Below are positions 1 through 11,197 of a stretch of DNA of 64,000 bases, one piece after another. The notes under the pieces were generated by a model. It saw only the letters and a program-made list of their open reading frames with translations. It was not told where the DNA came from and did no database searches. Source of the DNA: Amphiscolops sp. MND2022 (lineage: Eukaryota); contig OZ076409.1 in the NCBI GenBank assembly GCA_964187785.1, positions 3,784,001 through 3,848,000 on the forward strand. The letters are read 5' to 3'. Each line of letters begins with the position of its first letter. The first letter of the stretch is position 1. Made by a program: the position numbers and the translations under genes.

Positions 1-23
1 TTGTTCGAGTAAAATTAATGACT

Positions 24-720
24 TACCTTCAATATTTTTCAAAACAATTTTCTCATTCTATAGTGATGACAGCACAAAAGTTCACACAATTAGCAATTTT
101 TTCAGCAATATTTTCAATTCCTCCAAAAAGTTTTCACACATTCCAGTTTCATTTCGAACTTTGAAGCTGTTTGAAGACTCAGCAATGACATCGAATACAG
201 AAAACGATATCTTTCAAGTATTTTTTAATTAGAATCCAGCTTTCAAGATGAAGGTTGTTTGACAAAATACTGATATCTATTTTCGAGTTACAACTTTGAA
301 ATATTGTCAAATTGTACAAACTTAAAGTTGTAGATTTGTGAATGGCAATAACCTGCGTAAAATAAAAACACAACGTTGGATCCTTGAAACAATGGAAAAA
401 CAGTAACTCTGTTGCAAATTTTGCTATTTACAAGACCCCATGCATTCCAGAGTTGCGAAAACAATCTTATTTTGTTATTAACAACTGACTCAATAAATCT
501 AGCAACAACGTGGGAGAAATTTTGATTGAAAACGCTGAAATTTTGTTTGCTTTCTCTCTGGTCGTCATGTAAATTGGAAAATCAGAATTGACTTTTTCGA
601 TTTTTGGATTGTGACTTATGTTGGGAGAATTCAAGAAACGAGGAAAGAAAAATCGATAATTGAAAATACTTTGTCTGCCAAAGGATCTCAAATCCTACGT
701 GTTAAATCTTAATAAGAAGT
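24..720 (-). pseudogene. Possible decayed leucine-rich-repeat gene fragment
   Basis: Minus-strand frames give broken LxxLxL-like pieces (LNSPNISHNPKIEKV, IDISILSNNLHLESWIL) and a GTAAGT donor-like site near 24-29; many stops and frameshifts. Confidence 0.25.
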
Positions 721-1360
721 TTTTGTGGAACCTGTTTTTGACAAAAAGTACTTTTTCCTGGGTTTTTCCAGAACTATCGATTAAAATTTGGCAAATGCTA
801 GTTTAGCCAGGGTTATAACTAACTTGGTTAGCATAATCTAGAATTGATAAATAGATAATGTGACGTTATAAAGTAATTTGCGACAACTCGTGCTCTGATT
901 GCGACCGAGGGAAAATTTTTTGCCAGCAGCGGTGTCAGTGGATTGCGCTATCGAAGAGATTGTAAGGCTGTAAGCGGAGATGTTGCGACATTTTTGCCAA
1001 TGGTCGCTGACGTTGGGAGAGAATATTGCGCAATATATCTTTCTCAGACGGAAGAAGGTTATCAGAATAATTAAAAATTCACCCATTGCAAAGAACTTAG
1101 CAAAAAGCTGCTTGGTGAGAATTGATAAGAAGTTGCCGGAATTTCCCGCGGCTAGAGAATGACAAGGATCATTATCTCACCTACATAAAGCATGGGGATT
1201 TGCGCGGGAAAATAAAGCAAGAGTTCACATTTTTCCTGTTTTCCGCTCTAGAGCTTCGCTCCCTGAAGTTTAATTAGTGAGATTCAATTGAGAAATTCAA
1301 ACCCCCTCCTAGCTTGCTCTATTGATTCTGTGAATTGAATGAGATTCTAAATAACATTAA

Positions 1361-1413
1361 GCACGCATAGATTACAAAATGAGAAGACAAAAAACTTTGT
1401 AATCTAGGCGTGG
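1361..1413. repeat. Tiny inverted-repeat element flanked by TTAA
   Basis: gcacgcatagattacaaa ... tttgtaatctaggcgtgg is an imperfect inverted repeat, with TTAA at 1357-1360 and 1414-1417. Confidence 0.5.
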
Positions 1414-2386
1414 TTAATTTCAATTAGACAAAGGTACTAGTACATGAAAAACAATGGCACGGTATAACGCTTCCGCTTTTTGGAGAAAGCAAACGCATTA
1501 ATGTCATATGGCGAAAATTGAGACTACATTTCAAGTCAAAAAGTTCGATTGTTAAAAGAATGGATTTCGATTTCGATTTAAAAAACATATAGCCCATTAA
1601 TGCGTTTTACTAATTTAATTTGGGACTGATATAATCAAGTGAAAGTGAACATTGCAGTTTAACTAGAGTGAATAAAGAATAAAGAAATAAATCCTGCAAA
1701 ATTATAAAGAGAAGATAAAATATTCAACATTTTTAGATTTCACTCAAATCTTTTTACGAAGTATTTGCTATATTTCGGCTAAACTAATTTCGGCTAAGTG
1801 ATCATAATTAGTTAACTAATTAGTTTAGGAGGTTTTCATTTTCATACATTTCTCAATTCAAATGAGCTAATTTTTACACCAGTGTTGATACGTTTTGGCG
1901 TCTTCATGAATTATTATCAATAATTAAAGCTGTTTCATTCATTACTAACTATTTTTACTGAAATAATAATTCAACCGAATTAGAAGTAACTAGCCAAAAT
2001 AGTATAGGTCGAATTTGCGGAAGGTTGAAAATGCAATAGATTGAAATTGTGAGCGGTTGAAATGGCAACGGTTCAAATTGCATAGGTTGAAAATGCATAG
2101 GACGAAATGTCATGTAAATATTTGGATTGAAACCTAGGTAACGGAATTCATCATCTTTAGAGACCTGTTATACAATCTGTTCTTTCATTGTCCGATATGA
2201 ATCAGTTTCAAAGCCTAGGTAGTCCGCGATATTCGTCAAAAAAGTATTAATTCCGCTTTTGGTATCAAATTCAGTAGCCAGAATCGATTCAAATTTTGAG
2301 TTGTCTCTGTTAAGACAAACTCGAACGAAATTTTTGTTCCGTTTGTTCAACTCAACGAAAATCTGGGAAACGCATCTAAGTTATTG

Positions 2387-2675
2387 CAAAGGGTCCCCAC
2401 TTTTAATTTTTTCGGCGCTGTGAGACTTTTTTTCAATTTTTTTGTCTTCAAAGGGACCCCAATCGATTTTATTGAAGCCCCCTCGTAACATACGAGTTCA
2501 GCGCTATATCCGATTATTGACGCTATATCCGAATATATTGTGTTTTAGCAAGAAGGCAAGGAGGAGGCGGAGGTTCGAAAACAGGAGTTTTTCATGAAAA
2601 CGTCCTACGCATCTTTCAAATCTGCACTTTTTGAGTCTTAGATATAGTGCCGACTTTAGCCGTTCCCGTCTTGTT
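2387..2675 (+). mobile_element. Partial Helentron-type (HINE/DINE-1-like) non-autonomous repeat
   Basis: aaagggtcccc internal motifs; 3' end gatatagtgccgactttagccgttcccgtcttgtt is shared with the other copies in the window. Confidence 0.55.
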
Positions 2676-2719
2676 GAATGATACAGAGAAGATACCAGGT
2701 GAGCCAAATATACGGAACG

Positions 2720-3560
2720 AACAAAAATTTTCAGGATCTCAAATTGTCAAATATTTATCAACAAAATGTTTCAAAACAGCTTTGAATGCTGAAATTCAGC
2801 TTGTCAATCTTTCAATTTGACAACATTGCTTTCACACATTCGAGTGTCAAAAAACTTTCACACATCAAAAGTGCAAACAAAGTGACTTGGAAAGATGTCT
2901 AGAATTTAACTGAAGGCTGAAGGTTCAAATCATCTTTTGTTGGAGATTTGATTATATAATGAAAGCTCTGATTTGAAAGATTGACTGGACAATGTTCTGA
3001 GCCTTGTTTAAAGATATTACAATTTTGAAGAGCGAAATTTTTCTGCGTTCCGTTTTTTAGGTTTATCTAGTACTTCCTTAAAGTCAACCTTCGATGAACC
3101 TGCATTTTAAGCCTTATTTGGCAAAAATTGATTCAACACATTCTGAAGCTCAGACGTAGGTAGCTATTGTACATTTGCCAGCGGTAACGTTCGGGTATAT
3201 TTTGGCTCATTTTCGTTCATATCAAAAACCTCATTTTTAAAAAGGTGTGGGAATATACTTTTCAATTCCAAAAGCTATTTTGAAACAATTCCTACTTTTG
3301 AACTTACCGAAAAGGCAAATTTCATATTTTTAACCGAAAGCGTCCAAACTTTGGTTGTAATGCATTTACGCATTCTTAATTTCAGTGCAACCAGAACTGT
3401 CAACGAATGGTTTACTTTCAAGAACAGCTCCTCCAGTTGTTGAAAGAAATAGATTATCTGCTGAGAGATAACATTTTGTGAAGATCAGCTGGTCGGAAAA
3501 AAATTGACTGTTCGAGTTCCAAAAATATTGCCGTCTACTCTGAGAAATCAAGGAATTATG
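2720..3560 (-). pseudogene. Possible decayed LRR-protein gene fragment
   Basis: Broken minus-strand pieces such as LEELFLKVNHSLTVL and an LRRCT-like LDIFPSHFVCTFDV. Confidence 0.25.
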
Positions 3561-5642
3561 TAAATTATGTCAAAAAGCTAATTTTGTCAAAGCTAAAGCA
3601 GTTTTGCTGTTCAGTCTTGTGGATAATAATGCCGACAAAACATTCAATTTTTTTCTAAATTTTTTGGCCGTTTTGGCTTCGTTTCGGCGCATCGCCCCGG
3701 GCAGGTTTCTAAAAAAGCTTTTAAATGAAAAATTGGAACAAAAGTGAGAACAAAAACATTTTGATGAACCAGAAAAAAGAAAAACAAAAGACAGTATAAT
3801 CGGTATAATTGCAAAAGATAGTTCATAATCAATGTCAGAAAAAAATCCGCATTTTTTTCAATACCAAGTCATGGAAGCATGAGAATGCTAGTATCGCAGC
3901 CTTAGATTGACATGAAACCAGTTGCTGGTGCACTTTTTAAGTCGGTATTTTTTTCGAAGGAAGACTTTTTGAGACCAACGCTTTTTTTCTGTTTTAACAC
4001 CCGAAACATCAAAAACCAAAACGAGAAGCCGAAAAACGAGTTTCCCAAAAATTTACACAGAACCCAAAATGAAGAAGGGGCTCTGTGTAAATTAGTCTTA
4101 AAAACGCTTTTCCTATCCAAAATTATCAAAAAAAAATAACAAAGGGTGGACCTTTTTGAGAAATTGAAATTCTCTCGAAAAAAATCGCTTGGTTTCGAAA
4201 ATAACATTCAATTCTTTTAGCTTCAATGCACTTTCCGCTTCGGGGGTGTTTCACTTCAAACAAAACGTAAGTTTTCTGTAGGAAATAATACGGAAAAATT
4301 TTACCTAAAATATTGTGGTTTGTGTCTGAAAAGATAGGTTCATTGTGGGAAAAAATTCTTTCCATCTATAAGCAAAATTGGAGCCGAAAATATTTGAAAA
4401 TATGGCCACATTTTTTTTTCTCAAATTACCAATCGATATTTCCGTTCTTGGGAAAAAACCCTCTCCTAATCGAGACTACCTTGACTGATTAAAGACTATT
4501 GGGTGTCAACCTCAAAGGGGGATTCTTTCTGCATGTAAGTATTCTTTCTGCGATATTGCGACAAAAAAGACTGAGATGGGAACTTGGGTCTTGGAATTAG
4601 ATAAGGAATATCAGGAAAAATGGAAAAGTTGAACTCGGTGATTTGATTGCGTCATTTCCACGCAAACTTCAAACGAGAAATAAAAGCAGAAAATGGAGTT
4701 ACCCAAGATCTGTCGATTATGTAGTTAGACTTATTCCATTATTTGGCAACTCCAAATTCTTTTCAGCTGGAAAAGTTCCCGTCGCGAGACGGTGAAATTG
4801 GGAAGATAAGAACTTCGCATGATTGATGTTATGATGCGAATTAGTTGGAGGTGTTCTTAGGAGAAGTTCTAGAATTTGTAATTGGTGACCTGAAAAAGAA
4901 TACGTCTTGAAGTGAGGCTTCTTTGATTGATTAAATATTCACCCCCATTTTTTTGCAATGGATCACCACTGTAGAGTCAGTGATATTGATCATTTTTTTT
5001 TGAAAATTGAGTTTCAAACTTGAATCGAAAATTCTAAAACAAAAAATATAATTTTATATATTTTAAATATGAATTTTTAAATTGAGCAGGAAAATAAAAT
5101 TTTGAAATAACACGTATGATTGTTAAAAATTTTGGGTCTCTGTGAAAGAAGGGATTTTCAGGAGTCTCCTCCAGAAATTGCTGGCGAGGGTTCTCCGACT
5201 CGGAGACCAAAAGCTGACACTTTCAAAAGTGTAACGGTATTCCGACACGCGACGTACTACAATTTTTATCGATTTACGGTTTCAAAATTCGTGAAAAAGT
5301 ACATTTCTTCAATATTTAATTAAAATCAGCAGTTTAAATGGCTCCATCAAACTCCATTTAAAAAACTCCGATTAAATCGAATTCCAGTATTTAAATCTTC
5401 GTCACTGTGTGGAGTTGATGTTTGCGTTTACAGATCCTAAACTCTTGACAGGACAAGAATAAATTCAGGACCAGATCTTGCCAATGATCTTGCCAAGGAT
5501 CTCGCTCGATCTTTAGATTTTAGATTTTAGAGAGATTTTCGAGCGAGAACAATGCCAAAACAAACAAAAATTTTCCTGAATATCATGGGAAAGAATATTG
5601 AAAAGAAAGGAAGAATTAGGATAAAATCACTTAGCTATCAAC

Positions 5643-6047
5643 TGTTGTGTACACAATATGATTGGATTAAAACAAACTAATCTCAAGGCGCTATGGCGAA
5701 ATAGGTTAGTGCGTTCGGTTCCTATTTCAAAGGTCCGGAGTTCGATTCCCGGAATCTGCGGAACCTTTGGTAAAAATACTAAAATACCGTTTTCGACTAA
5801 AATACTTTTTGAAATAATATATACGAAACTTTGACCTTGCTATCTCGAAACATTAATCAATGTTTGCTAATATTTGTAAACAATTTGTGCTCCTTTCTCA
5901 GTTGATCTAAATTATTACATTGCGTTACAGTATCATTAGTGGCCGGAGTATTAGAGAATATTGATTGTCATCGATCTAAAGATATTATTCCTTTCTTTCC
6001 TCATTTGACAAAACGATCTGTAGAATCTGGAGACTACAGTTATTTTA
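5643..6047 (+). repeat. 5' LTR of BEL/Pao element
   Basis: Starts TGTTG; direct repeat of 14635-15039; ends ...gactacagttatttTA directly before the PBS. Confidence 0.9.
5687..5752 (+). promoter_or_regulatory. tRNA-derived segment (Pol III A/B boxes) inside the 5' LTR
   Basis: A-box-like TGGCGAAATAGG, anticodon-arm-like ttcgg..., T-arm/B-box ccggaGTTCGATTcccgg; acceptor stem not formed. Confidence 0.7.
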
Positions 6048-6064
6048 TGGTGGCCATAGAGAGG
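6048..6064 (+). other. Primer-binding site of BEL element
   Basis: TGGTGGCCATAGAGAGG directly after the LTR, complementary to a tRNA 3' CCA end; primer tRNA not assigned. Confidence 0.7.
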
Positions 6065-7030
6065 CGTATATCTAAACATCTAAAGTGATTATTTGTCCTA
6101 CTCCCCAGCATTTGTATCGCTTTATCGCTTACAAATTAGTCGAAGCTCCAGATGAAGAGACAAATGAAATGGGAATTAACGTGAGGAATGACGAAATTCC
6201 AAAGGACAAACATAGAAGTATACGAGCTCGTTTCAGCACAGGGACTGTGAAAGAGGGATCATCCTGGCACTTTGTCTTCGACCATTTGAAGAACGAACTC
6301 AGACAATTCCAGTTCAGCTCGGATGAGTTAGTCAAGGTGAATTGAGCTCACATTTTCGGACCAGAAGGAAGTGTATCGTTTATTGTCTGCAAAATTTACT
6401 CTCTATTTCTCAATGCACAACTTCAAGCCTTTATCGACTACACATTTTAGTTACGATACCTGACGCAAAAAATCATATGACTTACTTCTGCTGAAAAACG
6501 TTGAATGCTCAACTAGTAAACTTATTGGATCTACCGAATTCATCCCAGAGAAGTATCTTCATTCTCTTATTGCTTACTATTCTGCGGGGTTGCTTTCGAC
6601 CCTGCCGAGCCAAAGTGACACCCGCAGCCCAAAAAATAACACCCGAAGCACCGAAAGTGCCCCCCACGGTGGTCGCAGAAAACCCAAAAGTGCCCACAAA
6701 AAAGCCCCTATGGTCGTGAGTAAAAAGCCAACAAAAGTTGAAAAAACAAAGTTTTTATTAAACTTCATTGTGCTAATCAATCGAGATAGCAAAAGGTATT
6801 GATTTCTTTGAAATATTCTTTGAAATTCACACCAAAAGTGCGGAAAAGTGAACTGTATGTTTTATGTTTTTCCAAATTTGAACCTCAACAAGTACAGGCA
6901 TTATAACGAAACCAAACCCCCGCTTCTTTGCGTGGAAACTTGAATCTAGCGTGAAAACTTGGCACCCAATTGACAAAAAAAAATCCGAAAGTTTTTTTGA
7001 TCCAAATGTAACACGTTCTAAAAGCAGTTC

Positions 7031-7642
7031 ATGGTTTTAATTCTGGCAGCTAGTTCTTTGCACCATGCAATAGAAACGTTAACTCCCGAAAAAAAGAACA
7101 ATTTAAAGAAAAAACTTATACCATCCCGGGCCTAAGTCTTAATCCGCACACAAAAAACCCCAGAAAAATTGTTCAAAACTTACTTTCGAAAGATTTGAAA
7201 GATAAAACCAACATTGTCATTTGGCACGATGTCCTAAATAACAGCATTTCCCGACATCATAGTAATAACTTCTGTGCGTTATCAGTGTCCGAATTGATTG
7301 AAATTTTGAAAAACATTCAGAAAAAACTCAGTTCTCTGGTGTATTGCCACCGCTTTCGTACCCCCGAGATCTTTGAATCATTGAAAACATTGGAAACCGA
7401 TCTTGATTGATATCAAAGTATTCGATATAGTCAAAGACTTTATTTCCCTGAAAAAACAGAAGGATGCCGACCTTTTGAAAAAATTTAAAGCACTGCATCA
7501 GAGCCCTGAGCTTGAACTGAAAAATTTGTACTTTCTGCTCCGTAATGAGAACGAACTGTCCTCAATAACTGATAAAAGTCGACCCAAACGGCCAAGTAAG
7601 CGTGCCCGGAACGCTGCTAAGAGAGCCGCTGCCCCCTTTTAG
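7031..7642 (+). pseudogene. Frameshifted accessory ORF (about 200 aa), SGNH/GDSL-esterase-like, upstream of BEL gag
   Basis: ATG at 7031 (MVLILAASSLHHA), frameshift in the A-run near 7090, then YTIPGLSLN...IVIWHDVLNNSI, a second shift near 7405, then ALHQSPE and a basic tail; order resembles SGNH blocks I, II, III and V. Confidence 0.5.
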
Positions 7643-8069
7643 TCTCAGTTGGCAACCCCCACCCCCCCCCGCTGCTTCCAGCTGTCGAGACAGTGTTCGA
7701 ACTTCACTGATCGGTTGAAGTTTCTTCAGCTCTTCCTCCTTCTTTCAGAGTTGTGTCCAGTCTTGACTGACCGGTTGATACTCTGAAAGATCGTTTCGTC
7801 CCTCACCCGCACCACTGTCAACCGAGACCGCGTTTCGTCGACGCGAGTTTATCGTGTTCCGTCCTCGTAGTCCGTGACTACTTTTAACTTAAAACAAAAA
7901 AAAGTTTGCCAATTTCTTTGTAGAAGCACTGTACAAACACAGTGTTGTCACCAATAAACACCGTCCTTTCTTCTACCGAACTTTTTCTTGGACTGTGTCC
8001 AAACTTAATTGTTTGGTTGACGTCTGAAAAAGAACAAACGCACACCGATCCCCTAAAAGTGACAACGTC

Positions 8070-11000
8070 ATGTCTGACCCGATTCACGAAAAGGTGCAAA
8101 AGTTGTATGACAGTCGCGCGAAAGCCGAGGCTGACTTGAACAGATATCAAAAGGACGTGACAGAAGCAGTAAACAATGCCGATAGACGCGTCCGCGTCGA
8201 ACGGTTGGTCACTTCTTGCGAAGAGGCTATGACAAAGGCTTTCGCTAAGAACGAACAGCTACTCGAGCTTGCCAAGAGAACCAACGACCCGGCAACTGTC
8301 ACCGCGGACTTAGAGAAATGGTTGAACGTCACGAGCATACAAAATGATGAAATTTTAAGAAGCGCAAGGGAATATATCGATCAATGTCCCAAAACAGATA
8401 ATTCTTCGCAAACTTCAGTCAAAGCTGCCACCGTGAAGACCAAGTCTAGCAAAGCTTCAAGCAGCAAAGCGTCGAAAACTTCAAGTCAGCGCCAACGAGA
8501 CTTGCTCATTGCCAAACACAAGCGAGAAGAAATTGAACGGCAAAACGAAGCTACTTTACGATTAGCTAAGCAAAAACAAGAGCTCGAGCTCGAACAACTG
8601 CAAGAAGAGAACCGCAAACGACTTGCAGAGGCGCATCTAGCTGAACTTGAACTTCAAGAAGACCCCTCTGAAGCTAACGAGGATGCTCACGAAACTCTAT
8701 CGCGTTTGAGCAGAACAACGGACGCTAGCGAAACACGCCGAGTTAGCGACTGGGTCAACAACTCACCAATCGTTGCCACGACTCAACACGAGACGGTAAC
8801 AGCGGTGTCTGCAAGTCTAGCGACTTCGATAACAAACACCACTGTTTCGATTCCATCTCAGCAACCTCCGGTTATTATCTCTCAGCCGACTTTCGCACCA
8901 GGTGATCCGAACGGAACAAACGGGGCAGTACAACTACCAACAACTACCGTTCCGACAATGAGTTTAAATGACACTCCTGTGGTACAAATTCAGGCTCCTC
9001 CCTTGACAGCGCAAAACTTTGGGAATATCGGACCTTCAACATCGGCTGTCATAGTACAACAACAAGTTCAACCGACAATCCTCCCGACCCAAACTGGAAG
9101 TTGCAATGCGCAAGTTTTACCGCCACAAACGGCAGCACGGATGCCTACGTTCACAATGCCGGTGAACCACATCCTCCCAAACTTGTCCGCATGGACCTTC
9201 CCGAACCCGACTGTTACCACCGCACCGATTGTAACAACAATTCCGCCCCCGACACAGCCGACGGCACCTACTTTCATGCCGTTTGCTCACGCGCCAACCT
9301 ATGCCACTCCAACTGTACCCGTTACCGCTGGTGGAACTGTTTATTATGTACCCCCAGCAACCGTTACCACGCCAATTGTGTACAGTACAGCAACACAACC
9401 GACGACTTCCCTTAGTCCAAAAGCCGCTACATTTGTGCCAGCCGGAACGTCAACGACTATGCAACCAAGTACAACCGGATTCACGATACAAGATCTTGCC
9501 TTGTTGTTAGCTTCAACCAAGAAAGACCATTTGCCGGAGTGGAAACTAGCACAATACAACGGCGACCCGATTCAATGGCACGAATGGTTCGGCCAGTTCA
9601 AAAGTGCTATCGATTCAGCCCCACTCACAGATGACGTCAAGTTAACATACCTCAAGACCCTTGTAACCGGCAAAGCAAAGACTGCTATCGCTGAATTTGC
9701 TTACTGTGGAGCGATGTATAGAGATGCCCTGAAGACGCTAGAACGGATGTTTGGACAGCCGCAAGCTGTTGTAACTGCTTACCTCGAAAAGTTGGCAAAC
9801 TTTCCACTTGTGAAGATGCATAACAGTGAGAGCATCATCAGTTACTCAGCAATAATCTGTTCTTTAGTTGGGGTCTTCCGCTCTCTGAACTACGTCCAAG
9901 ACCTGTCAAGCGAATCATTGCATGGACAAGCCGTTCAAAAGCTTCCGCCAAACATGAAAGAAGCATGGTCACTGCACACAGTGAGGCGAACTTTGGACAG
10001 ACCGACACTCATTGACTTCAATGACTGGCTTAAAGACAAAGCGGAAGCGCATGAGCGCATGAAGTCTCTACCCAACAAAGCGAAACCTGAAGAAAGTAAC
10101 AGCGTGACCGTAACTAAGACCAAGACTGCTTCTAAGGTTTTCGCCGCTACGACGTCTAGTCAACAAAGTGTCAGCGCCAAAGGTAAAAGCGACAAACCGT
10201 CCAACACTTGCGTCGCCTGTAAAGAAAAACATCCTTTGTGGAGATGTCCGGCATTCAGAAGGAAATCTCCCACAGAGAGAGCAAAACTTGTAGCTGAGAA
10301 CAAGCTTTGCTTTTCATGCTTCAACCCAAATCACACGTTTCGCCAGTGCCCGCAACCCCGCAAGTGTACGAAAGATGGATGCGGAAGTTCACATAACACC
10401 TTCTTGGACGGAGCTGAGAGAATTTTTGCCAAGAAAGTCACTGATGTGAACAAGGACAAAACTGAAACATCTGGTTGTATTGGGACGTCAATGAACAACG
10501 AAAGATCAGACGAGAGCTCAGGCATGCCTTCCGTAGCTGACGTTAAAGGCCTGTTACAAATAACGGAAGTTGAACTTCACGCAAACGGCACAAATGAAAA
10601 AGTCCTAGCACTGTGTGATTCTGCCTGCAGCCATTCCTGGATCTCAGCGAATCTGGCAACGAAGTTGAACGTACACGGCACCCCGACCAAGCTTACCGTC
10701 CATGGCATAAATTCCAACCAAGTCGTAGATACGCAACTGGTGGAGCTTAAGTTGACACCCGTTCATTCGGGTGGCTCTTGCTCTCCCTTTGTTGTCAAAC
10801 CGTACGTCAGGGAAGACCTCAAAGTCGGAACTGACACCATCGATGTCGAACTTTTGAAAACAAGGTACCCCCATTTGCAACCAATCTCTTTGAAAAAGTA
10901 CAGCTACGCCGATGTTGAAATGATCCTAGGTCAGGTTTTTTTCCACTCGATCCGCCCTCTGGAGTATTTTGATTCCGACCGCAAAAATGCTCCAGTTGCC

Positions 11001-11159
11001 GTTCGTTTACCGTTGGGTTGGGTTTTGAGTGGACCGCTCCCCTCGTCCTCAGGTCTCTATTCAACTTGTTTTAAAGCTGTTGCTTCTAACAAGGAATTGG
11101 ACTCCGAACTTGCCGACCAACTCCGAAGCTGGTACGATATCGAATCGTATGGAGCGTAA
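8070..11159 (+). CDS. gag: BEL/Pao Gag plus aspartic protease (N-terminal part of the polyprotein)
   Basis: Coiled coil, DUF1759-type YNGDPIQWHEWFGQF...KLTYLKTLVTG, BEL Cys-His knuckles (CVAC..HPLWRC; CFSC..H..QC; CTKDGC..H), protease ALCDSACSHSWI. Confidence 0.9.
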   Translation: MSDPIHEKVQKLYDSRAKAEADLNRYQKDVTEAVNNADRRVRVERLVTSCEEAMTKAFAKNEQLLELAKRTNDPATVTADLEKWLNVTSIQNDEILRSAREYIDQCPKTDNSSQTSVKAATVKTKSSKASSSKASKTSSQRQRDLLIAKHKREEIERQNEATLRLAKQKQELELEQLQEENRKRLAEAHLAELELQEDPSEANEDAHETLSRLSRTTDASETRRVSDWVNNSPIVATTQHETVTAVSASLATSITNTTVSIPSQQPPVIISQPTFAPGDPNGTNGAVQLPTTTVPTMSLNDTPVVQIQAPPLTAQNFGNIGPSTSAVIVQQQVQPTILPTQTGSCNAQVLPPQTAARMPTFTMPVNHILPNLSAWTFPNPTVTTAPIVTTIPPPTQPTAPTFMPFAHAPTYATPTVPVTAGGTVYYVPPATVTTPIVYSTATQPTTSLSPKAATFVPAGTSTTMQPSTTGFTIQDLALLLASTKKDHLPEWKLAQYNGDPIQWHEWFGQFKSAIDSAPLTDDVKLTYLKTLVTGKAKTAIAEFAYCGAMYRDALKTLERMFGQPQAVVTAYLEKLANFPLVKMHNSESIISYSAIICSLVGVFRSLNYVQDLSSESLHGQAVQKLPPNMKEAWSLHTVRRTLDRPTLIDFNDWLKDKAEAHERMKSLPNKAKPEESNSVTVTKTKTASKVFAATTSSQQSVSAKGKSDKPSNTCVACKEKHPLWRCPAFRRKSPTERAKLVAENKLCFSCFNPNHTFRQCPQPRKCTKDGCGSSHNTFLDGAERIFAKKVTDVNKDKTETSGCIGTSMNNERSDESSGMPSVADVKGLLQITEVELHANGTNEKVLALCDSACSHSWISANLATKLNVHGTPTKLTVHGINSNQVVDTQLVELKLTPVHSGGSCSPFVVKPYVREDLKVGTDTIDVELLKTRYPHLQPISLKKYSYADVEMILGQVFFHSIRPLEYFDSDRKNAPVAVRLPLGWVLSGPLPSSSGLYSTCFKAVASNKELDSELADQLRSWYDIESYGA

Positions 11160-11197
11160 AACAAGTAGATTCGCGTTCCGCAGCCGATGCGAGAGCG

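Noticed and set aside
5687..5760. Functional tRNA gene
   Set aside because: Acceptor stem cannot pair and the anticodon stem is mismatched; it is part of an LTR
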